From the NCBI GenBank assembly GCA_048882045.1, contig JBHLRZ010000001.1:32001-96000 (forward strand): DNA of 64,000 nucleotides, written 5' to 3'. The DNA is from Candidatus Thorarchaeota archaeon (GTDB lineage Archaea > Asgardarchaeota > Thorarchaeia > Thorarchaeales > Thorarchaeaceae). A program made the translations under genes and the position numbers. The notes under the pieces are model-generated. The model was not told where the DNA came from. It saw nothing but the letters and a program-made list of their open reading frames with translations, and made no database searches. Position 1 is the first letter of the stretch. Every line of letters begins with the position of its first letter. This document shows, in pieces, positions 57,369-64,000 of the stretch.

Positions 57369-58172
57369 TTATTTCTGGCAGGTCTGGCAGTAGTTCGTTA
57401 CGATGCGGTTTGACTTGACTTCAGAAACCCTACCACCGCAGAGAGGACACTGACTCCCTCCGCGATTATGGACCATCAGGAAGTCCCTCTTCTCTATAGC
57501 AATCTCGTCGAGCGACCTCTCCGATATGATATCACGAATTCGAGTGAGTACCTTTCGCATAGAGTGATAGAGCCTTTCTACTTCATCCTCACTCAGTGAC
57601 GAACGACTACGAAACGGGAGAATTCCAGCATAGAGTAGAATCTCGTCAGCGTACGCATTACCAATTCCTTTCACAAATCGTTGGTTTCGAAGGACATTCT
57701 TGATTTGACCATTATGGCGTTTGATTCGCGTCTTGAACGCTTCGACAGTCAGCTCTGGATCCAGTGCTGAGGGGCCGCGGTTTCTGAATCCTGCAACTTG
57801 AGAATATTCCCCCCTCGGAACAAGATAGATTCGTCCCATCTTCTTTCTATCAGAATACCACAGTGTTCCTTCACCAGTGTGGATTGAAACCATGTCATAG
57901 CTTGTTGGATTCTTGTAACGAGGAATGACCCTGAATCTGCCTGTGAGCATGGGATTCACAACGAACTCATGATCATCCAGGGACAGAATCAGAAACTTGC
58001 CATCAGCTCTTGTTGAGCGAAACACCTGCCCTACAGCAAGTAATTCAAATTCGTCAATAGGTTGCCCATGGACAACTATGTGATTGTGGACTTTTGTCTT
58101 TTTCACAGTCTTTCCATTGAGTTCCTCGGTTAGCAACTCTGCAATAATCTCAAGTTCAGGAAGTTCAGGCAA
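57369..58172 (-). CDS. mutM: Fpg/Nei DNA glycosylase (MutM)
   Basis: N-terminal PELPE (TTG start, GGTGA SD), GKFL, GIGNAYADEIL H2TH, CPLCG..YCQTCQ Zn finger. Confidence 0.92.
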   Translation of the reverse strand: MPELPELEIIAELLTEELNGKTVKKTKVHNHIVVHGQPIDEFELLAVGQVFRSTRADGKFLILSLDDHEFVVNPMLTGRFRVIPRYKNPTSYDMVSIHTGEGTLWYSDRKKMGRIYLVPRGEYSQVAGFRNRGPSALDPELTVEAFKTRIKRHNGQIKNVLRNQRFVKGIGNAYADEILLYAGILPFRSRSSLSEDEVERLYHSMRKVLTRIRDIISERSLDEIAIEKRDFLMVHNRGGSQCPLCGGRVSEVKSNRIVTNYCQTCQK

Positions 58173-58292
58173 ACTCTCACCAGTCCAATGATACCAATGC
58201 TTCAAATAGAATAAGACAGTTTTCCTCTTCTAAAACACAACGACCAAAAGGCACCGACGTGTCCAGAGTAATATCGATAGAGGTGTTGAAGA

Positions 58293-58955
58293 GTGAACCA
58301 TCGCCTGAAAAATCTCGTTGTTGTGGTTCTGACATTCGTCATCACATTATCAGGCGGACTTCTTACAGAGTATGCAAGACAGTCAATGGTCTTTTCTTGG
58401 GCTATTAATGTCGGAAACGAGTTTGTCTATGATGTCACAGTCATTGGCAACCGAACAACAACGTCACAAGTTCTTCCACCCCCTTTTGAACCAATGAACA
58501 ACACACGGATTATTGTTGAAATCACTTCACTTCCGAATCTGACTTTGATGTACTATTCCTTTATCTTTGTTCAAGAGGTCGTGAATTTTCTGAAGACATC
58601 CTCTCAGTTCGAGAATAGATCTCCCATTCCTCCTGAGCTGTACAACACAATAAACTCGCATGTGTCTATGAGCATGCTTCCCATCGGAGCATGGGGTCAT
58701 CTGGACTCACTATTTCCAGACCAGACTAATATCGAACTCTCCGACCACGAGTCATTCATCTCTCGATATGACAATGGCGTCTTCTTCTTTGGACATTGGG
58801 AGAACCAAACAGGACCAAGACCAGAAGTGAATGAATGGCATGGAATCTATGATATTGAAACTGGAGTTCCTAGTCTTATTACCATCTCTGTAATTTCAAG
58901 AGGAGCTCTTGTTTCTGATATCTATACTATTACGATGACCTTGGTCAGCCAATAA
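58293..58955 (+). CDS. secreted or membrane-anchored hypothetical protein
   Basis: N-terminal hydrophobic helix, several N-x-T sequons, beta-rich body. Confidence 0.7.
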   Translation: MNHRLKNLVVVVLTFVITLSGGLLTEYARQSMVFSWAINVGNEFVYDVTVIGNRTTTSQVLPPPFEPMNNTRIIVEITSLPNLTLMYYSFIFVQEVVNFLKTSSQFENRSPIPPELYNTINSHVSMSMLPIGAWGHLDSLFPDQTNIELSDHESFISRYDNGVFFFGHWENQTGPRPEVNEWHGIYDIETGVPSLITISVISRGALVSDIYTITMTLVSQ

Positions 58956-59007
58956 TACCAATGACATTCGAGTATGACTTAAACAGGAAAATGTACCAAT
59001 ACTGGAT

Positions 59008-59601
59008 ATGGAGCCGACAGTTTATCACATACAAAAAGGCCGCCTCGTGAAGATGAAAGATCCAGGTGCTTTCGGTCGTGGCGACTGCTATCTCGTAGAT
59101 GCAGGCATGAAGATCTATCTATGGATTGGTCCAAACTCTAGTGTTGACGAGAAGTTCCTCACTGCTGCTTCTGCAGTCATGAGAGACACCGCGCGAGAAG
59201 GCAAAGCTGACATCGATAGAATCGAGGGAGGAAATGAGCCAGAAGAGTTCAAGGCACTCTTTGATGACTTCAGTCTTACTGATGAAGACACAGAGGGCAT
59301 TCTCAAGAAGGTTCAGTTAGAAACACGTGAACACAAACTTTGGCGCGTGCATCGTGAGGCGGATGAAACATTCTTCAAAGAGGTTGATCTTGACAGAGCT
59401 TCACTGAAGAGTGACGACGTCTTCATACTCGACACGTTTGACGACATCTATGTTTGGCGAGGTAAGGATGCCACTGCACGAGAGAAGTTTGATGCAACCA
59501 TCCTTGCAAGGAGATATGATGCAGAACGTGTGGGGGTTCAGGAAATCGAACTGATTGAGGAAGGAAGCGAACCAGACGAGTTCTTCAAATCTTTCCCATG
59601 A
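59008..59601 (+). CDS. two-domain gelsolin-family protein
   Basis: GDCYLVD..IYLWIG..SSVDEK..EGGNEPEEF and SLKSDDVFILD..IYVWRGK..EK..EEGSEPDEF. Confidence 0.9.
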   Translation: MEPTVYHIQKGRLVKMKDPGAFGRGDCYLVDAGMKIYLWIGPNSSVDEKFLTAASAVMRDTAREGKADIDRIEGGNEPEEFKALFDDFSLTDEDTEGILKKVQLETREHKLWRVHREADETFFKEVDLDRASLKSDDVFILDTFDDIYVWRGKDATAREKFDATILARRYDAERVGVQEIELIEEGSEPDEFFKSFP

Positions 59602-59602
59602 A

Positions 59603-61045
59603 TTATACTAACCTGTAGTGACCCGGACGAGGTTCATAGAGGACTCCACTGTCCTTCATCCGAGTCAGGGTCTCTGCAGCAACATGACGTTCGACTCCAG
59701 CCTCCTGAGTAATCTCATCTAGAGTGGGACCTAGAGATCCCTTCTTTCCGGTGTCGAGGGTTCTTATTGCTTTCAATACCTTTGTATTGAACCTATCAAA
59801 CCTGCTGCCCTTGCCCCAGTCCGTCTCTACTCCTTCTTTTAGTTCTGTGAGTTCGATGAACTCCTTTAATGCAGGTTCTAGGATTCGATTCCATGAGGTC
59901 TTGAGGTCCTTGGCAGTGACCTTGTCTTTCCAAAATGCTCTTGCGGTTGATCGAGCCAATCTGAGTGCACTCAAGGGTCGCCCCAGTGCGTCTGCATCAA
60001 GGAGGCTGCCCCGTGCCATTACACCCTCCTCAAGACCAAAGCTCTCCCTTAGTGTATCCAAGCGTGAGAGGACATATTCAGTCCCTGAATCGATTGTACG
60101 CTTCGAAACCTCTGGTGTGAGTAGTTGGAATGTTATGGCCGATTTCAAGATAGGTAGTCGTAGTTCCGATGGATTTCCAGTTTCAACCCAGAAGTCTTCT
60201 GATGCAAGTGCGATTGGTACATCAGGAAGTGAAGCTGTCTGTGACCCTGTGAGTGTTCCCATAGAAACCTCTCTGAATCCTGATGGGTCTATTCGATAGA
60301 CACACAACTGTTCCATCCTCTTCTTCGAGTAGGATCCGATGTCAAAACGTAAGAGCTTGGGAGCCTTGACTCTAACACTCCGAATGCTTCTGAATGCTGA
60401 AGGTCGTCCCTTCATAGAGGGAGGGAGGACATTTCTAATAAAGGACAAAAAACGTCGCACCTTTGTTTGAGATGCAATAGCCTGGATTCCTGTTGTAAGT
60501 CCCCCAATGCTATCCTCATATGGAGGACTTGAAACGAAGAGACGTGCGAACACCCTTTTGCTTGCTTCAGCCATACCTACATGCTCAAAGAGAAGATTGG
60601 AGATATCCTTCAGGGAGGAGGGAGGCTGAATGTTTGTAAGAAAGTCGATGGAGAGAGGCTCGTAGGAATCTGCAGCGATTGCACGTGTGATTGTTTGAGA
60701 ACTCATGAGAGGTTCAGGTGCAACAACTCTCTTCCCAGTCACTTCAATGAAAGCACCATCAGGTGGAAGTGGTTTATCTTCTGGGAATAGAATGAACTCA
60801 CCCTCAAGAAGCCACTGACTGGGGGTGAGCAGTATCATCGACTTGTCCCTTGTGTGATGGACAAATCCACTGTATCGATATAGCTGTCTTGAAACTCGCT
60901 CGCTGAAGTCCTGTAGCAAGCGTGACTCCCATTGTGTGAGTTCGGTTCCAAACTGCCTGCTGTAGAGGTCACTCACACTGACTGCGTCTGCGAGTCTATC
61001 GTGCTTAGAGCCTAATCTTTCAAACAGGTCCTCATACACATCCAT
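59603..61045 (-). CDS. degenerate MCM-like protein lacking Walker A/B
   Basis: Lid-like GRPLSALRLARSTARA..KVTAKDL and MCM-type C-terminal wH GVLYEPRPGHYRLV; no GxxxxGKS. Confidence 0.6.
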   Translation of the reverse strand: MDVYEDLFERLGSKHDRLADAVSVSDLYSRQFGTELTQWESRLLQDFSERVSRQLYRYSGFVHHTRDKSMILLTPSQWLLEGEFILFPEDKPLPPDGAFIEVTGKRVVAPEPLMSSQTITRAIAADSYEPLSIDFLTNIQPPSSLKDISNLLFEHVGMAEASKRVFARLFVSSPPYEDSIGGLTTGIQAIASQTKVRRFLSFIRNVLPPSMKGRPSAFRSIRSVRVKAPKLLRFDIGSYSKKRMEQLCVYRIDPSGFREVSMGTLTGSQTASLPDVPIALASEDFWVETGNPSELRLPILKSAITFQLLTPEVSKRTIDSGTEYVLSRLDTLRESFGLEEGVMARGSLLDADALGRPLSALRLARSTARAFWKDKVTAKDLKTSWNRILEPALKEFIELTELKEGVETDWGKGSRFDRFNTKVLKAIRTLDTGKKGSLGPTLDEITQEAGVERHVAAETLTRMKDSGVLYEPRPGHYRLV

Positions 61046-61993
61046 CTAACTTTCACCCTCCCTTCGTAGATATTCACGATATGCTTTTGGATAAAGTTCG
61101 GAGAGTTCCTCAATAGTTGGCAACCGTTCACTATATGGAATGTATGACTGACCAAGCTCAACCTTCGATATTTCGTCTTCAAGTAGAGGTCTGAGCTGTT
61201 CATTAGTTTCAAATCCAATGAAGTGTCTGAAGTTGGCTTTTGCAGCAACCGCAGTAGTACCATTTCCCATGAATGGATCTAGAATGATTTCACCTGGTTT
61301 TGACGAGAAGTCCACGCATCTTGAAACTACCGCGAGAGGAAGTGTCGTTGCGTTCTTGGTCTGACCAGTACGGTACTTTCGCTTGAACAACCAAACGTCT
61401 TCTGGATAGTTCTCAATCTTATTGAAGAAGTACTTTTTCGGGTTCTTGACGAAAACTAGGATATGGTAGTGGCTGGAAACGAATCGTTTCTTCGTATATA
61501 CTCCGAAGGGATAGTGCCAAATCAGATGGTTGAGTGTGACTAATCCAGCTTTACGAGCACCACTCAAAACAGATTCGAGATTGGTCCAACCACTGAATAC
61601 GTAGGCTGTTGATGTTGGTTTCATTATACGAGGAAGTTCTGCAAGCCATGCATCAGTGAATGCATGATACTCTTTCACTTCTTCATATCCTGTAACAACT
61701 AGGTTCTCATCCCGGTTATACACACTGCTCTTCCCATCAAAGTCAATTCCAAAGGGTGGATCCGCAATGACAAGATCGATAGAACGGGGAGGCAGTTTTT
61801 TCATTCCTTGAACACAGTCTTCGTATAGGATTGTGTCTAGATCCATACCCTCAAGGAACTCAGTCTTTGCAAACAGCTTCGATGCCTGATTATGACTCCA
61901 GTCATAGGTAGGTCTGAAATAGAACTCTGCAAGATTTGGTATATACCGTTTGCTTTGTTCCTTATCTGATTGGACTTTTTTAGACGGAGTCAT
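61046..61993 (-). CDS. site-specific DNA methyltransferase (N4-C/N6-A, beta class)
   Basis: DLVIADPPF catalytic motif precedes LDPFMGNGTT SAM-binding motif. Confidence 0.92.
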   Translation of the reverse strand: MTPSKKVQSDKEQSKRYIPNLAEFYFRPTYDWSHNQASKLFAKTEFLEGMDLDTILYEDCVQGMKKLPPRSIDLVIADPPFGIDFDGKSSVYNRDENLVVTGYEEVKEYHAFTDAWLAELPRIMKPTSTAYVFSGWTNLESVLSGARKAGLVTLNHLIWHYPFGVYTKKRFVSSHYHILVFVKNPKKYFFNKIENYPEDVWLFKRKYRTGQTKNATTLPLAVVSRCVDFSSKPGEIILDPFMGNGTTAVAAKANFRHFIGFETNEQLRPLLEDEISKVELGQSYIPYSERLPTIEELSELYPKAYREYLRREGES

Positions 61994-62063
61994 GTGTGAG
62001 TTCACAGTCAGATGCATGATGGTTATTCTTAAGCCTAGTCATACTTTGAAGGACTAGCTTATT

Positions 62064-63152
62064 CTACATGAGGTCTGAGGGATCGACACCACGAGACATT
62101 GCACGTTGTGTCATCCAGGCTAGCTGATTCGTAGGTTGCTCTGGTTTGTTTGGAGTTTCAACCCGCTTAATCTTGAGTGCGTCTTCAGGACATACGACTG
62201 CACAGACCCCACATCCAATGCATCGCTTAGGATCTACAACACAGATATCTTCAGGCACACTGAGTGCTCCAAACTGACAGCGATCAATACAGTTCTCGCA
62301 TCCTGTGCAGAGGTCAGCATTTACAGTCATCAAGAAATCGGTTTTGATATATTCACGGGGCTCAGCGACCTTATCTACTCCTCTGAGTACACCGCAGCAA
62401 CACGTGCAGCAGTTGCAGATGAATGTATGACCAGACTGTACGTTGTATGTGCAATGAATTAATCCTGCGTCTTCAGCTTCTTTGAGAAGTCTGAGTGATT
62501 CCTCTTTCGTGATGGGTTTTGTGAGAGGGTCGTTATCAAATGCATTCTCCTTGTTTGGAGCAAATGGGAGACAGACCGATAGCGGATAATCACAACCTTC
62601 GTCAATGAGTGTTTTCTGTTTTCTACAGATACACTCACGAACTCCCCAAGAAGCGGCAGACTCGATTAATTGTTCGGCCTGTTGAAAACTGTGAATCTCG
62701 AGCTCTGTACTCACAGCCTGATTGACTGGTATCACCTGAAAGATGACTGGCTCACTCGTTGTGATCTTCTTGAATCCAGTGACATTTTGAAAATACTGTT
62801 CTAGGATTTGAGCGAACTCTGCGTCCATCCGGCCCAGTTGTTCCTCATAGATGCCAACTGCAAAAGGCAACAGACCATATTTCCTAGCTCCCGCACTCTT
62901 TGACATCCAAGAGCTGATCTGACCCTTCTCGTGCATTGTTTCTAGAAGTGATTCTAGCTCTTCCTTTGAGCGATTCAATCGCATACTTACTTCATCTATA
63001 GTTTCACCAGTAAGCTTCAGTTGACTAGCAAGCTCAGCCTCTTCTGGTTCGAATATCCACTCGAGTAACTTAAGATGTGAACCATCATCAACTGGTGGAA
63101 ATCCATTCGGAATAGTATCGAGAACTTGAGCAAGTCTTTCGTATGGATTCAT
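62064..63152 (-). CDS. HTH plus 4Fe-4S ferredoxin domain protein
   Basis: N-terminal HTH, CICR, ICNCCTCCC and two CxxCxxCxxxC clusters. Confidence 0.88.
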   Translation of the reverse strand: MNPYERLAQVLDTIPNGFPPVDDGSHLKLLEWIFEPEEAELASQLKLTGETIDEVSMRLNRSKEELESLLETMHEKGQISSWMSKSAGARKYGLLPFAVGIYEEQLGRMDAEFAQILEQYFQNVTGFKKITTSEPVIFQVIPVNQAVSTELEIHSFQQAEQLIESAASWGVRECICRKQKTLIDEGCDYPLSVCLPFAPNKENAFDNDPLTKPITKEESLRLLKEAEDAGLIHCTYNVQSGHTFICNCCTCCCGVLRGVDKVAEPREYIKTDFLMTVNADLCTGCENCIDRCQFGALSVPEDICVVDPKRCIGCGVCAVVCPEDALKIKRVETPNKPEQPTNQLAWMTQRAMSRGVDPSDLM

Positions 63153-63202
63153 AGCAATCACAACTAAGTTTTCCTATGCAGAGCTATACATAACACTTCT
63201 GT

Positions 63203-64000
63203 TTATTCAGGACAATTCAGTGTGATGCCCAATGGGCTAAGCTCCTCATTCACTTTCGACGTTATGACCTCACAATCTTGTCCTTTTCCAATCAGGATAT
63301 GAGTAAGTGACTGTTGAAATGGAGGAAGGAATGGCAGATTACTTGCTTCTAGGATTGAGTTATAGGCTTCTTTGACCTTGGGTACTTTGAGATAATTCTC
63401 TAGCTCAGTAAGACTCGTCTTTGTGTCAAGGAGCATCTGACTAATCTTCTTTAGAAATGCAGGTTTTGGCACATTGACTGATGGACCAAAAAGTCCTTCA
63501 ACATTCTCTTCAAACCAATTTTGCATCCGATCTATATCATAGACTGGTAAGACAATAGGAGATTCGCCCTCTGTTTCGGGAGCGATAATTCTAATCATCC
63601 CGCGTTTTTCTGCTGACAGTACGAAGTCTGAGAATCTTCTATACCCTAGTTTTTCAGTTTCAAGACCAAGTTCACGGATAGTAATACCGATATCCCTCAG
63701 TGTATATGGCCTGCCCTCGTTGAGTCCGTCTTCTGCTACTTTAGCGAGAAATGCAAAAGCTTCATTGACCTCCTCTGATATCTTAACTGATTGCGGTGGA
63801 AGTTTCAATGGGAGCACCAGAATGGTTGCAGGGAGGTCTCCTTCAAGTTTGACATATCCTTGTGCTTCCGACCATTCGAGGAAGTCATGCCAATGGTCAA
63901 AGCCCATCTCCTTCTCACTAAATTCTGGGTTTAGTGATGTCATAACATGTTTTGCATGTCCCACACCAGGTTTACTCCCAGTCTTTGCAATCAGTCTGAT
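63203..64000 (-). CDS. OST-HTH/LOTUS domain protein (5'-partial, frame open to window edge)
   Basis: Two LOTUS-like motifs: PEFSEKEMGFDHWHDFL and ETEKLGYRRFSDFV. Confidence 0.7.
   Translation of the reverse strand: MRLIAKTGSKPGVGHAKHVMTSLNPEFSEKEMGFDHWHDFLEWSEAQGYVKLEGDLPATILVLPLKLPPQSVKISEEVNEAFAFLAKVAEDGLNEGRPYTLRDIGITIRELGLETEKLGYRRFSDFVLSAEKRGMIRIIAPETEGESPIVLPVYDIDRMQNWFEENVEGLFGPSVNVPKPAFLKKISQMLLDTKTSLTELENYLKVPKVKEAYNSILEASNLPFLPPFQQSLTHILIGKGQDCEVITSKVNEELSPLGITLNCPE

Noticed and set aside
59603-61993. BREX-like defence system (BrxL-like plus methyltransferase)
   Set aside because: The MTase is a small beta-class enzyme rather than PglX, and no brxC/pglZ is adjacent; the AlkP-like gene is ~48 kb away.
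1-64000. CRISPR arrays, IS elements, integrases, rRNA genes
   Set aside because: No spaced direct repeats, transposase or integrase motifs, or rRNA-like sequence seen; A-rich quasi-repeats are Lys codons in protein tails.

Overview
Archaeal chromosomal core region, most likely from an Asgard archaeon of the Thorarchaeia type. This is inferred from a two-domain gelsolin, a roadblock/LC7 protein, a longin-small GTPase fusion, GET3, tRNA-Sec and HdrABC-MvhD. The window holds a large ribosomal protein superoperon (L22 to L15, secY, adk, DUF106, L34e, cmk, L14e, cbf5) with an Hsp20 gene inserted, plus RNase P RNA, the S13-S4-S11 cluster, an intron-containing tRNA-Ser(GGA), two TFBs, GGGP synthase and many housekeeping genes. 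The most notable signal, invisible in the ORF track, is a decaying selenocysteine locus: a selB pseudogene (two frameshifts, P-loop substitution, large truncation), an intact unknown gene and a tRNA-Sec(UCA) with several stem mismatches. The HdrA-MvhD fusion in the same window has Cys at positions that are Sec in Sec-using homologues. Other leads are a Walker-less MCM-like protein abutting an orphan DNA methyltransferase, a ~190-nt multi-hairpin leader before rpl22, a 32-aa transmembrane microprotein directly behind GET3, and a stand-alone TFB/cyclin-repeat-like protein. No CRISPR array, rRNA gene or mobile element was recognised. All calls come from motif recognition by eye; no searches were run.
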